64,000 bases of DNA, from positions 32,001-96,000 of the forward strand of contig BTVI01000004.1 in assembly GCA_045862955.1 (NCBI GenBank), given 5' to 3'. A program made the position numbers and the translations under genes. Of this stretch, positions 18,625 through 28,804 are shown piece by piece. The DNA is from Fimbriimonadales bacterium. GTDB taxonomy: Bacteria > Armatimonadota > Fimbriimonadia > Fimbriimonadales > JABRVX01. Positions within the stretch are counted from its first letter, which is position 1; every line of letters starts with the position of its first letter. The notes beneath the pieces are model-generated. The model was not told the origin of the DNA. It saw nothing but the letters and a program-made list of their open reading frames with translations, and made no database searches.

Positions 18625-19767
18625 CTAGGACGTTCCGGGAGCACGGAGCGAGTTCACCGCAGCGTCCATCTCCCGGCAACGTCTGACGGCCTCGGTAACC
18701 GAGAGCCTCTCGTATGGCGACGCAGAGTGTGCTTGGAAGACTCGCCTAGCCTTCTCCGGCATGGCCTGGAGGATGGCCTCCTCCGAAGCGGACGGGGGCA
18801 ACCCCAGGAGACGGCCAGCCCGACGCAGGGCATCCTGTCGAACCGACTGCAACGCGGGGCCCGCAAGGCCGGCCTCTCCATAGAGGCGGGCCAAGGCTGC
18901 GACATAGTCTCCGAGAGGTGGCGGCTGCTTCGGCCGATGGGCTGGGTATCCCAAGCGTGAGCCTTGGGAGATCGCCAGAACCCCGAATAGCAGCAGAGCG
19001 TGGTACACGAGGGCGCGCCCCGGCCGCCCGATGCGTCCCCACAGGCTCGCCGACTCGTCCTCCACAACGCCGTGGATCGTCTCGTCGAAAGCGACCGAGT
19101 GAGCCCCGCGGGCTGCCAGTCCGATCAGCCGGATCGCGGCCTCGGCGTGGTCCGCTTTGCCGAGGTGTTCGTTCGTGAACGGAGCGGCGTCTGCGACTGC
19201 CACCAGCCATCCCTCGCCGTACGCCCGAGCTACGGCTACCGGCTCGGCGCCTCTCGCCATAAGAACGATCCAGCCATGGTCATACTGACGGAGAGCGCGG
19301 CGGGTAACCACTTGGACGCCGCCCATTGCGGGATGAACCGAGCAAGCAGGTCCCCGTGCAAAGACCGGGGACAGTCCGATCTTCTCTCTGACCCTGGGAA
19401 GTTCTGCCGCCCCGAACAGGACGACGGTGGACCCGGATCGCGCCAGCGCTAGCACGGACTCCCAGCCCGGCGGGCGGTCGTCTTCTTGCACGCGAAGTTG
19501 CCTGCCCGGGGCAAGCCCGCCCGCCGCGAGCACCAGAACCGGCGGCGCCTCTCGGATGCGGTCCAGCGGTGTGCGCGAACGCCACACCTCGTAGCCCATC
19601 GCTGCCGCCAAGCGGTACAAGGCCGCCAATCCGCCTGGTCCGGTGGAGTACGTCGAGCGGGAATCCGGATCGCGCTGCCGCCTAGACAGGATGGATGCGC
19701 CCCCGAAGATGGTGAGGAGAATTCCAGCAATCAGGATGCCCGCAATGATTCTTCCGCCGAGCCTCAT
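18625..19767 (-). CDS. DUF4350 domain membrane protein
   Basis: STYSTGPGGLAAL, FTNEHL, VAFDETIHG, YVAALARLY. Confidence 0.8.
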   Translation of the reverse strand: MRLGGRIIAGILIAGILLTIFGGASILSRRQRDPDSRSTYSTGPGGLAALYRLAAAMGYEVWRSRTPLDRIREAPPVLVLAAGGLAPGRQLRVQEDDRPPGWESVLALARSGSTVVLFGAAELPRVREKIGLSPVFARGPACSVHPAMGGVQVVTRRALRQYDHGWIVLMARGAEPVAVARAYGEGWLVAVADAAPFTNEHLGKADHAEAAIRLIGLAARGAHSVAFDETIHGVVEDESASLWGRIGRPGRALVYHALLLFGVLAISQGSRLGYPAHRPKQPPPLGDYVAALARLYGEAGLAGPALQSVRQDALRRAGRLLGLPPSASEEAILQAMPEKARRVFQAHSASPYERLSVTEAVRRCREMDAAVNSLRAPGTS

Positions 19768-20690
19768 CGGGCAATCTCCTGGCAGGCGGCGTCGACACGC
19801 TCGAAGTGCTCTCTCGCCTCATGCACCTGTTCTGCCGTGACATGGCCCGATCCGTACCAAGCCCCGTCGTAGGCCAATACCAGCGGCTGCAGGTGCGCAA
19901 AGCGCGCTGCGTCGTGCCGACGCGCACGGCGAACGTACTCTCCGTTTGTTAGGCCCGGCTCATGGCGAATGATGCCTGCTTCGTCTAGTCTTGCCAAAGC
20001 GGCAAGCAACAGGTAGCGCAGTGCAGCCCTGAGGTCGCCGAGAGCCGCCGATTCGTCTGCGAGCCGAAGCCACTCGCGGGAGCTCGCCTGCGTGTACGGG
20101 TGGTTGCCGCCTGCCCTGTGTCCCTTCGCCGAGGCTTCGACGGCTGCCAGACGCCGCAGCACCACCACCGTCACCCCCACAGCGACTGCCACCGCCGCGG
20201 CGACAAACCCCACCCACGTCAGGAAGCTGTCCAGAGCCGCCGCACTCGGGGCGAGTCGAGAGGTGAGGCTTGCGAGCCACTGCAGGAAGCGCTGAATCCG
20301 TTCGGCAAGCCACTCACCGAGGGTTCGGCGATCGGAAGGCGGCGCGAACACAGGGTCTTGCAGGATGCGGCGGGTCTGCTCCGACACGCCGGCAGGGATG
20401 GGTGGCATCTCCAGCCTGTCGAGTCGACGAAGGTTCATCAGCGTTCGGAGAGCTTCATCGCGCTTCGCCGAGTCGCCCGAAAGCGCAGCCTGCAGGTCGG
20501 GATCCCGAAATCCTGCTTCGATCAGTTCCGTAGCCACCTTAACCCGCTCGGACTGGCTGCCGTGTGTTAGTGCACGCTCCGCTCGCTGCAGCAGCTCGCC
20601 GTGGTCCGCGAGGAGGCTACAGCAAGTACTCAGAAGCAGCAGGCTCGCGACGAAGGTTCTTCGCCAGCAGCTCCACATCGAAGGCCTCAT
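19764..20690 (-). CDS. DUF4129 domain protein
   Basis: GDLRAALRYLLLAAL...TNGEY...YDGAWYG. Confidence 0.8.
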   Translation of the reverse strand: MRPSMWSCWRRTFVASLLLLSTCCSLLADHGELLQRAERALTHGSQSERVKVATELIEAGFRDPDLQAALSGDSAKRDEALRTLMNLRRLDRLEMPPIPAGVSEQTRRILQDPVFAPPSDRRTLGEWLAERIQRFLQWLASLTSRLAPSAAALDSFLTWVGFVAAAVAVAVGVTVVVLRRLAAVEASAKGHRAGGNHPYTQASSREWLRLADESAALGDLRAALRYLLLAALARLDEAGIIRHEPGLTNGEYVRRARRHDAARFAHLQPLVLAYDGAWYGSGHVTAEQVHEAREHFERVDAACQEIAR

Positions 20691-21597
20691 TCCTAATGCG
20701 AATGTCGAAGTATGTTAGCACGATGGCGGCGGACATGAAGGGGACTACCAGGATGCTGAGCGCACCCGACAGCACCAGCTTAACCCCTTCTTGAAGTGCA
20801 TTCACCCCACTCAGGCTGATGATCGGCTCGTCCGAGAAGAGCTGACCTCCGCCGAAGGGTAGAAACGTCACGGACACGGCCAGCTCCGCGACGAGAGACA
20901 GCACCAGGCTCACGAGGCCCAGGAGGATGAGGATGCCGAGCGTGCGGAAAAACCGCGAGATGCCGAGTCGCACGCTGCGCGCGACCGCTCCGAGCACGCC
21001 GGCTTGCTCCACTACGATCACGGGCGCGACGAAGGCAAGTAGCACCGCAAGGAACAACGCCACGATCGAGAAACCACACATGCCGAGCAACACTATCACG
21101 GCTGCTGCATAGGGCGACATGTCACCCAAGGCCCCCACCACTCCGAGCGCCATCCCGAACACGCAGATGGAGGCGAATAGCGCCGTCCCTACCAGAAGGA
21201 AGCTACCGATTATCCGCCACATGTTGCCTGCGATACCACGTCGCACATCCTGTGCAGTGACCGGATTCCCGAGGTACCGTTCTGCGATCGCGTACGTGAT
21301 CGCGGCCTGCTGATAGGCCCATGCGATGAGCGCCACCGGTGTTAGCAGCAGCCATGTCAGCGCGATGCCAAAGCCGACATCGGTCGGCTCTACCAAGTAC
21401 AAGGGCGCAATCGCCGCAATAGAAGTCCAAGCAGTGATGATTAGCGCGGGGAGCCAGATCACCGAGAGGAAGAGCTTGGCATTTTCGCGATAGAGGCCGA
21501 GTGCCTCGTCGAAGATCTCGCCGACCCCCATGGGACGCAAACGGAATTCGCTGCGGCGCCTCGCCTTTCGCGTGAGCGGGGGCGGTTCAGTGCTCAC
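20617..21597 (-). CDS. Multi-pass membrane protein typical of DUF4129/DUF4350 clusters
   Basis: LRPMGVGEIFDEA, GAVARSVRL, YFDIRIRNEAFD. Confidence 0.8.
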   Translation of the reverse strand: MSTEPPPLTRKARRRSEFRLRPMGVGEIFDEALGLYRENAKLFLSVIWLPALIITAWTSIAAIAPLYLVEPTDVGFGIALTWLLLTPVALIAWAYQQAAITYAIAERYLGNPVTAQDVRRGIAGNMWRIIGSFLLVGTALFASICVFGMALGVVGALGDMSPYAAAVIVLLGMCGFSIVALFLAVLLAFVAPVIVVEQAGVLGAVARSVRLGISRFFRTLGILILLGLVSLVLSLVAELAVSVTFLPFGGGQLFSDEPIISLSGVNALQEGVKLVLSGALSILVVPFMSAAIVLTYFDIRIRNEAFDVELLAKNLRREPAASEYLL

Positions 21598-21612
21598 CAG
21601 ACCCGGCCTGGC

Positions 21613-22740
21613 TTAGCGCAAGAGCTCGCGCGAGATGATGATCCGCTGAACTTCGGACGAGCCCTCGCCGATCTCGCAGAGCCTTGCGTCTCGCCAGTAC
21701 TTTTCGACATCGTACTCGGTAGTGTATCCACGCCCACCGAAGATCTGCAACATTCGATGCGTAATGCGCGACGCTGCTTCGGTGGCAAAGAGTTTGGCCT
21801 GCGATGCGGCCAGATGCACCTCTCCGCCCTCGTCGTAGATGCGCGCTGCTTTGTGAATCAGCAGCCGTGCGGCTTCGATCTCCGTGGCCGAGTCGGCTAG
21901 CATCCACTGGATCGCTTGGTTCTGTGCGAGAGGACGGCCAAACTGCTCACGCTCCTTCGAATACGGAATCGCGGCCTCCAGTGCCGCCTCGGCGAGGCCT
22001 AACGCCATCGCTGCGATCCCGATCCGGCCTCTTTGCAACAGCCCGATGGATTCCGAGAAAGTGCCGGGAGTGCGCCACCCGATGGCCTTGTCCAGACGGA
22101 AGCGAGTCGTATAACTAGCCTTCACTCCCGTGGTCTCGATTCGCGGCTCGTTCTGGTAGCCGGGCTGGCCGGTCTCCACGAGGAACGCACCCATCTCCTG
22201 CTCAGAGATGCGTGCGATGACTACCACTAACTGCGCCCGCGCTGCGTTGGTGATAAACATCTTCTCGCCGGTGAGGTACCAGCGGTCCGGGCCGTAGACG
22301 TCTTCTGGTGCAGGCACCGCAGTAGTTCGCACGCCGCGTGCGTCGCTTCCGGCAGTGGGTTCGGTCAGTGCCCAGCCCATTCGCCATTCGCCACTGACGA
22401 TCTTGGGCAGATAGAGCGCCTGCTGCTCTGGAGTGGTGAACCGCACGAGATGACCGGCACAGAGGGCGTTGAGAGCAGCAACGTTCATGGCCAATGCGCC
22501 ATCGCCTTTGGCCACCTCTCGTACCGCCTCCGCATAGCACCCGCAGCTAACGCCACTCCCTCCGAGCTCTTGCGGGACCACCATGGTGAGAAGGCCGAGC
22601 TCCGTAAGGATTGGCCACAGGCTGTCCGGCCAGCCACCATTAGCCTCCCAGGCACGGTGATTGGGCCGCACCTCCCTCTCGACGAACTCCCTCACGCGTG
22701 CCAAGAATTCCAGCTCACGCTCGCTCAGTTGCAGCAACAT
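21613..22740 (-). CDS. Acyl-CoA dehydrogenase
   Basis: ALTEPTAGSD, GEKMFITN, REQFGRPL, QIFGGRGY, IGEGSSEVQR. Confidence 0.95.
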   Translation of the reverse strand: MLLQLSERELEFLARVREFVEREVRPNHRAWEANGGWPDSLWPILTELGLLTMVVPQELGGSGVSCGCYAEAVREVAKGDGALAMNVAALNALCAGHLVRFTTPEQQALYLPKIVSGEWRMGWALTEPTAGSDARGVRTTAVPAPEDVYGPDRWYLTGEKMFITNAARAQLVVVIARISEQEMGAFLVETGQPGYQNEPRIETTGVKASYTTRFRLDKAIGWRTPGTFSESIGLLQRGRIGIAAMALGLAEAALEAAIPYSKEREQFGRPLAQNQAIQWMLADSATEIEAARLLIHKAARIYDEGGEVHLAASQAKLFATEAASRITHRMLQIFGGRGYTTEYDVEKYWRDARLCEIGEGSSEVQRIIISRELLR

Positions 22741-22828
22741 ACCGATCTCCCCCTCGAGACGCAATCGTGGCAGCCATTGCCCGACCCGTACAGAGGCTCA
22801 GGATACCCGCCGGCCCGCATCCCAGTGC

Positions 22829-23500
22829 TTATTGCTCGACGGCAGAAGGACGAGCAATCGCCCACGGGATGTGCAGCACCAGCCCACGCTCTGCGGCCAG
22901 GTCTCGGATGCGCTCCATCAAGGTGAGCGCGAACCGTCGCCGCGCCTCCTTCTCCTCGAGTCCCTCCGCCACCGAGGCGTAGGTGAACGGCTCTCCCCAA
23001 ACGACGCTGATTTTGGCCCGCCGGGGCAGCTTCGCACCCCTAGGCAGGAACCGATCGGATCCCACCACCGCCACTGGAATCACGGGTGCGGAGGTGAGCT
23101 TGGCGAGTAGCGCGACGCCCTGGTTCGGCTCTCCTAACGACTTGCCGTCCCCACGGGTGCCTTCGGGGAACACGAGCACGGCCTCGCCAGCGCGTAGCAG
23201 TGACTGAGCCTTACGAATCGCAGCCAGGTCCGCCGAGCCTCGGTCAACTGGAAATGCTCCCACCATCCGCAAGACCCGGCCAACTACGGGCACGAACAGC
23301 TGCTTCTTGGCCATGAAGCAGAGGGGGCGGTGCGTCGCGCTTCCAACGGCAGGCGGATCGGCAAAGCTCAGGTGATTCGGTGCGACAATCAGCGGGCCAC
23401 TCTCTGGCACGCGCTCCTCGTGTACCCACTCCAACCCCCCCGCCGCAGCAAAAAGCCCTCGGAAGGCGGCGCGTCCGACACAGTAGAGCAGTCGTCCCAC
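22829..23500 (-). CDS. plsC: 1-acyl-sn-glycerol-3-phosphate acyltransferase
   Basis: NHLSFAD, FPEGTR. Confidence 0.92.
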   Translation of the reverse strand: MGRLLYCVGRAAFRGLFAAAGGLEWVHEERVPESGPLIVAPNHLSFADPPAVGSATHRPLCFMAKKQLFVPVVGRVLRMVGAFPVDRGSADLAAIRKAQSLLRAGEAVLVFPEGTRGDGKSLGEPNQGVALLAKLTSAPVIPVAVVGSDRFLPRGAKLPRRAKISVVWGEPFTYASVAEGLEEKEARRRFALTLMERIRDLAAERGLVLHIPWAIARPSAVEQ

Positions 23501-23501
23501 C

Positions 23502-24170
23502 CTACTCCTCCAGCAGCGCGATGATACGATCCACGACCTGCTCGACGCTTAGGTCGCTGGAATCTATCAGGACAGCATCCTGCGCGCGTCGCAGAGGCGA
23601 GTCTTCCCTCGTGCTATCACGGTGGTCGCGCTCCATCTGTTGCTCCAGGACCTCCGCAAGAGTGGTCTCGATACCCCTAGCGGCTAGCTCCTCGTAGCGG
23701 CGACGGGCGCGAACCTCGGGCGAGGCGTCGAGGTAGACCTTGAGGTCTGCATCCGGCGCGACGACGGTCGTGGTGTCGCGGCCTTCCAACGTCCATCCGC
23801 CGGAAGCGATGATACGGCGTTGCGCCGCGACCATCGCTCGCCGAACAGCTGAATGCACAGAAAGGGCGGAAGCCAGGTCGCCGATTTCGGGAGTCCGTAT
23901 CTCCTCGGTGACGTCGCGACCATTGCAGATGACCCGCTGTGCTGCAGGCGGACCTTCGAAACATACCTGCAGACTGGCTGCCAAGTCGCCCAGTTGCTCA
24001 GGCGGCGCGTCGGCGATCTTCGCCTTCACGGCTTCCAACGCTAGCGCACGGTACATGGCGCCGGTGTCTAGATAACGAAGGCCGATACGTTCGGCGAGGG
24101 CCTTTGCAACGGTGCTCTTGCCTGCGCCCGAGGGTCCGTCAATCGCAATGACCAGGCCGTCACGTTTCAC
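23502..24170 (-). CDS. cmk: Cytidylate kinase
   Basis: IAIDGPSGAGKST, YLDTGAMYRA, EGRD. Confidence 0.96.
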   Translation of the reverse strand: MKRDGLVIAIDGPSGAGKSTVAKALAERIGLRYLDTGAMYRALALEAVKAKIADAPPEQLGDLAASLQVCFEGPPAAQRVICNGRDVTEEIRTPEIGDLASALSVHSAVRRAMVAAQRRIIASGGWTLEGRDTTTVVAPDADLKVYLDASPEVRARRRYEELAARGIETTLAEVLEQQMERDHRDSTREDSPLRRAQDAVLIDSSDLSVEQVVDRIIALLEE

Positions 24171-25458
24171 GAATGTCCGCTCCGAGGGAACGCATCATCT
24201 CGACGAAACCGGGGAAGCTAGTGTCTACGCACTCGACATCCTCGACGACCGTCTCGCCCTCGGCCGCGAGCCCTGCTACCGCAAGGCTCATCGCGATCCG
24301 GTGATCACCGTGGCTGCACACGACGGCTCCCCGTAGTCGAGTCGGTCCACGCGCTAACAGACCGTCGTGGGTGTCGCGGATGTCTGCCCCCATCTTTCGC
24401 AACTCCCCGGTGATGGTGGCCAATCGGTCGCTCTCCTTATGCCGTAGCTCGGAGGCGCTCGATAGCTCGGTGAATCCATCGGATTGCGTTGCAGCGACGG
24501 CGAAGACTGGGACCTCGTCCACCATGCGCACCACCAAGTCGCCTGCAGCGCTGAGGCCCGAGAGGGTGCAGTGCCGAGCCGTCATGTTGGCGACCGGCTC
24601 TCCGGCTTCCTCTCTTCGCTCGGTTACGGCCAAGTCGGCACCTGCCCCGATCAAGACCTCTAGCAGACCGGTTCGCGTGGGGTTGTCGCCAACGCCGAAG
24701 ACTTCCACCGAGGAGCCTGGCACGATCAGGCCCGCAACCAGGGGGAAGGCTGCCGAGGACACGTCCCCGGGCACCTCGACATCGGCAGCCCGCAGCGTAG
24801 CGCCACCGCGGACCGCTACGCTCAGGTCAGAGCGCTCTACCTCCGCGCCGAACGCAGTGAGCATTCGTTCTGTGTGGTCCCTGCTGAGCGACGGCTCGGT
24901 AACGACGGTCTCGCCCTCTGCCCGCAGGCCCGCCAGCAGCACGCAGCTTTTCACCTGAGCGCTTGCGACAGGGCTCTCGTACCGGATGCCGCGTAGCTTC
25001 CCACCTCGAATCGTCAGCGGGGCAAGACGTCCACCCTCCCGCCCATCCACCATGGCCCCCATCCTGCGGAGCGGCTCGACGATCCGTGCCATCGGACGAC
25101 GCCGCAGCGAATCGTCCCCCGTGATCACCGAGAGGAACGGGCACCCCGCCAGCACCCCTGCCATGAGTCGGATCGTCGTCCCGGAGTTGCCGGCGTTCAG
25201 CACATCCTGTGGCTCGCTGAGTGGACCGCCGGTGACCGACCACTCCCCAGGGCCGAGCCGCTCCACCGGCACGCCCAGATGGCGCAGGATGCGAGCAGTC
25301 GCTAGGCAGTCCTCCCCTTCCAGCAAATTGCGAATGTTCGTGGTCCCTTCCGCCAGTGCGCCCAGGATAAGCGCGCGGTGCGAGATGCTTTTGTCCGGAG
25401 GGCAGTTAACTCTCCCGACCAGAGGGTGCCCCCCCTTCACACGCCAGGACCGAGTCAT
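24160..25458 (-). CDS. aroA: EPSP synthase
   Basis: DKSISHRA, GNSGTT, SAQVKS, KESDR, DHRIAM. Confidence 0.97.
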   Translation of the reverse strand: MTRSWRVKGGHPLVGRVNCPPDKSISHRALILGALAEGTTNIRNLLEGEDCLATARILRHLGVPVERLGPGEWSVTGGPLSEPQDVLNAGNSGTTIRLMAGVLAGCPFLSVITGDDSLRRRPMARIVEPLRRMGAMVDGREGGRLAPLTIRGGKLRGIRYESPVASAQVKSCVLLAGLRAEGETVVTEPSLSRDHTERMLTAFGAEVERSDLSVAVRGGATLRAADVEVPGDVSSAAFPLVAGLIVPGSSVEVFGVGDNPTRTGLLEVLIGAGADLAVTERREEAGEPVANMTARHCTLSGLSAAGDLVVRMVDEVPVFAVAATQSDGFTELSSASELRHKESDRLATITGELRKMGADIRDTHDGLLARGPTRLRGAVVCSHGDHRIAMSLAVAGLAAEGETVVEDVECVDTSFPGFVEMMRSLGADIRET

Positions 25459-26309
25459 CGGTTGGTCTCGTCCTTTAGCCGCTTCGCCTCGCTTAGGAGT
25501 TCGAGCACCTTTTGGTCGTCGTGAGCCTGAATGAAATCGCGCATCTCCTTTAGATGGTATTCGAGGTCGTGCAGAGCGGAGACTACTTCGTCGCGGTTGT
25601 TAGCAATGATGCTCTGCCACAACTCTGGGGAGCTTGCGGCTACGCGGGTCAGGTCGGCCCAGCTAGGGCCGGCCATCTGCGGATGGGTCAGCATCGCGCT
25701 CATACGCATCAGCGTGGCGGCAAGCACGTGGGGCAGATGCGAGAGCACGGCGGCGTGACGGTCGTGCTCCTCCGGACTGAGCAGCAGCGGCTTGCTACCG
25801 ATCGACTCCACCAGGCCCTGTATGGTCCTGAGCGCAGCCTTGTCGGTATCCGCAGTAGGGGTCAGTACCCACGTCGCCCCCTCGAAGAGGTCCGCGGTCG
25901 CATGCGCTGGCCCAGAGTTGGCCCGCCCGGCCATCGGATGCCCCCCGACGAATCGGGGTCGAAATCGCAGGGGGTAGGTCTTGGTCCACGAGACGATCCC
26001 GGCCTTGACGCTCACGGTGTCCGTCACGATGCACCCGTCCCGAGCGAACACGTCCGCCTCCACGAGGCACGGGACGACGGCGGGCGGTGGAACGGCTAGC
26101 ACGAGGATGTCCGCTGCAGCCAGGTGGTTCAAGGTTTCGTAGGTCTGCTCGACCGCGCCGACCTGCAGTGCAGTGTCGCGCGCTTCGGGGTCGGTATCGA
26201 AGCCGAACACCTCCTTGCACACACCGTGTTTTCTAAGGGCGAGGCCCAAGCTCGAACCAACGAGGCCGAGCCCGACGATGCCAACCCGACCGAAACTCCT
26301 ACGCCGCAT
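25455..26309 (-). CDS. tyrA: Prephenate/arogenate dehydrogenase
   Basis: GLGLVGSS, GGHPMAG, HDRHAAVLSHLPH; ATG 26309 after GGAGG. Confidence 0.92.
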   Translation of the reverse strand: MRRRSFGRVGIVGLGLVGSSLGLALRKHGVCKEVFGFDTDPEARDTALQVGAVEQTYETLNHLAAADILVLAVPPPAVVPCLVEADVFARDGCIVTDTVSVKAGIVSWTKTYPLRFRPRFVGGHPMAGRANSGPAHATADLFEGATWVLTPTADTDKAALRTIQGLVESIGSKPLLLSPEEHDRHAAVLSHLPHVLAATLMRMSAMLTHPQMAGPSWADLTRVAASSPELWQSIIANNRDEVVSALHDLEYHLKEMRDFIQAHDDQKVLELLSEAKRLKDETNR

Positions 26310-27327
26310 GGCCTCCGAGCTTGCGCCCGACAGCAGCAGCCACCTTCTCGGCGGCCGCCATGAGCGCCTCGAATGCCTCGAATGTGAGGCTCTGCGCTCC
26401 ATCCTTCAGAGCCTTGGTCGGCTCGGGGTGCACCTCGATCATCAGCCCGTCTGCTCCAGCGGCAATGGCTGCGAGTGCGACGGCAGGCACCAGCCCAGAG
26501 CGCCCGGTACCATGGCTCGGGTCGGCGACGACGGGAAGGTGGGACAGGTCCTTCACGAGCGGGATGGCATTGATGTCGAAGGTGTTGCGAGTTGCTTGCT
26601 CGAACGTGCGGATTCCACGTTCGCACAGGATGATGTGCTCGTCGCCCCCGCTCGCCAGGTACTCGGCGGCCTGCAACCACTCCTCGATGTTGGAAGCCCA
26701 GCCGCGCTTCAACATCACCGGCAGCCGAGAGCGACCGATCTCTCGAAGCAGACTGAAGTTCGCCATGTTGCGCGTACCCACCTGAAGGATGTCCGCGTAT
26801 TTGGCTACCAGCTCGACGTCCCGCGTATCCATCACTTCGGTGATCACGGGCAGGCCTGTCTCATCGCGCGCCGCAGCGAGTATCCGGAGGCCGTCTTCAC
26901 CCATGCCGTGGAAGCTGTACGGCGAGGTGCTCGGCTTGTACGCGCCACCACGAAGTATAGTAGCGCCTGCGGCTTTCACCTGGCGCGCCGTCTCGAGAAG
27001 CATCTGCTCGTTCTCCACCGTGCAGGGGCCGGCCATCACGGTGATCGTCGAACCGCCGATGGTCACTCCGCGAACGTCGAATACCGTGCCTTCCGGCTTC
27101 GCGGCACGAGCTACCAGCTTGTAGGGCTTCAGGATCGGAACGACTTCGTCTACGCAGGGCAGGCCATAGAGACGGTCCCGAAGCGTGAGAGGCTCGTCAC
27201 CGATGATGCCTACGATGGTGCGCTCGACACCGCGCGAGAGGTGTGTCCTGTAACCCTGGTTCTGGATGAACTCGATAAGCCCGTCCAGCTCCTCATCTGG
27301 CGTGCCCGGCTTGACTACGACGATCAT
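26299..27327 (-). CDS. aroF: DAHP synthase (type I-beta)
   Basis: AGPCTVE, RGGAYKP, LCERGIRTF, DPSHGTG, EVHP. Confidence 0.96.
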   Translation of the reverse strand: MIVVVKPGTPDEELDGLIEFIQNQGYRTHLSRGVERTIVGIIGDEPLTLRDRLYGLPCVDEVVPILKPYKLVARAAKPEGTVFDVRGVTIGGSTITVMAGPCTVENEQMLLETARQVKAAGATILRGGAYKPSTSPYSFHGMGEDGLRILAAARDETGLPVITEVMDTRDVELVAKYADILQVGTRNMANFSLLREIGRSRLPVMLKRGWASNIEEWLQAAEYLASGGDEHIILCERGIRTFEQATRNTFDINAIPLVKDLSHLPVVADPSHGTGRSGLVPAVALAAIAAGADGLMIEVHPEPTKALKDGAQSLTFEAFEALMAAAEKVAAAVGRKLGGHAA

Positions 27328-27368
27328 TCAGCATCTCCCAGTCTGAACCCGGCGAGTATACCCACGGG

Positions 27369-28127
27369 CTAGTAGCGGGCTGGGTTCGGTCTTTCGGTAG
27401 GTTTCCCCTCGGTCTTGGAAAACACTACGTCGGTGCGGACCGCTCGGGAGACGAAGGAGAGCTTAGCCTCGCGCCAATCCGCCGGAGCCGAGCGAACGTC
27501 GAAGCGCAGGAGCCACGCGGCAGCGAAATAGGGGCCCCGCGGCACGTAGGCCTGGTGGAACCCAGGACGGTCGGGCTCATCGAAGTACAAGCTTGCAGCC
27601 AGCCCGAAGGGATAGTCGGAGGCCACCCGCTCGTTGTCGCCCGAGAGCCTCTCCACGAGGCGGGCCTCCTTCAGCGGGCAGGTGGAGCCGTCCAGGGCCA
27701 GCGATGCCGTCAGCTTCTCCAATCCCCACCTATCTGCCCTGGTTTCGGCCTCGCGCGTCACGGGTGTCAATTTGGGGAATGCGGTCAGGAGCAGCACGAC
27801 TACGAGTTCGCCTTCGTGAGCTCTCGACCACTCGGTCCAAAGCCGAAGCGCCTCTTCTGCAGTGCGCAGCTCTCGACCGGTCTGATATCCTAGCCACTCC
27901 GAGGCGCACTCGGGGGTCAACAGCCAAGCCCACTGGCTGTGCCGCTTCGCGATGCCGTCGAACCACAGGCCCGCAGGCTGGCGCCAGCCCTTCCCGACCT
28001 CGGCGATCCCGTTCCGCGAGGCAGCGAGACGCTGCCCATGTTCGAACGCATCTTGGATGGGGGCGCCGGGCCACACAGGCCCGCCGGCCTGGGCCAGGAC
28101 GAGGGCGGCGAAGAGAGGAACGAGCAT
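27369..28127 (-). CDS. Hypothetical secreted protein
   Basis: Signal peptide; fills the gap upstream of aroF. Confidence 0.6.
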   Translation of the reverse strand: MLVPLFAALVLAQAGGPVWPGAPIQDAFEHGQRLAASRNGIAEVGKGWRQPAGLWFDGIAKRHSQWAWLLTPECASEWLGYQTGRELRTAEEALRLWTEWSRAHEGELVVVLLLTAFPKLTPVTREAETRADRWGLEKLTASLALDGSTCPLKEARLVERLSGDNERVASDYPFGLAASLYFDEPDRPGFHQAYVPRGPYFAAAWLLRFDVRSAPADWREAKLSFVSRAVRTDVVFSKTEGKPTERPNPARY

Positions 28128-28227
28128 ACATTGTTCATTGTCGCCCTCAGGGGGTGCGACCCCCAGTGTGTCGTCGCACGTCTAAATACAATGAGCCATG
28201 AGTAGGAGGGGAGGTTGGGTCACTGGC

Positions 28228-28510
28228 GACGTCACTCGCAGCCTGACGTCATGCTTGGCCAGACGTCACGCTGAGACTGAGCTCATGCTGAGCCCGACCT
28301 CATGCTGAGAGGGGCGGCATCCTGAGTCCGACGTCGCGCTGAGCTAGACGTCATGCTGAGCCGGACCTCATCCTGAGAGGGGCGGCATCCTGACTCCGAC
28401 GTCGCGCTGAGCTAGACGTCATGCTGAGCCGGACCGCATGCTGAGAGGCACGTCATCCTGAGCCAGACGCCGCGCTGAGCTAGACGTCATGCTGAGCCTG
28501 TCGAAGCATG
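28228..28510 (+). repeat. 16 x 17-bp minisatellite (consensus GACGTCATGCTGAGCYN) with 68-bp higher-order period, ending in a full REP copy
   Basis: Units in exact 17-bp phase from 28228 to 28499; the last unit continues GTCGAAGCATG. Confidence 0.9.
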
Positions 28511-28564
28511 GGACCGTTTGCCGCACGTTTTCGGATTTACTAGGCGGCTCCGGCACTCACAGAA

Positions 28565-28704
28565 GCATGCTTCGACAGGCTCAGCATGACGGATGAGCAG
28601 GACACGTTGCTCGTGCGGCCGCATGCTTCGACAGGCTCAGCATGACGGATGAGCAGGACACGTTCCTCGTACAGCCGCATGCTTCGACAGGCTGAGCGTG
28701 ACGG
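28565..28704 (-). repeat. Three inverted REP copies at 56-bp period
   Basis: GCATGCTTCGACAGGCTCAGCATGACGG at 28565, 28621 and 28677 (third degenerate). Confidence 0.9.
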
Positions 28705-28804
28705 TCCCAGACGGCCGCAGGCGCTCACTGACCCACTTTTTGCGAGTGGTGAGGGATAGAATCGGTGTCGGCGCTGCGCCATATTCACGCGAGGGGTGTT
28801 AGCC

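Noticed and set aside
28565..28704. Mini-CRISPR (28-bp repeat, 28-bp spacer)
   Set aside because: The two spacers are near-duplicates, so this is a tandem duplication of a REP unit.
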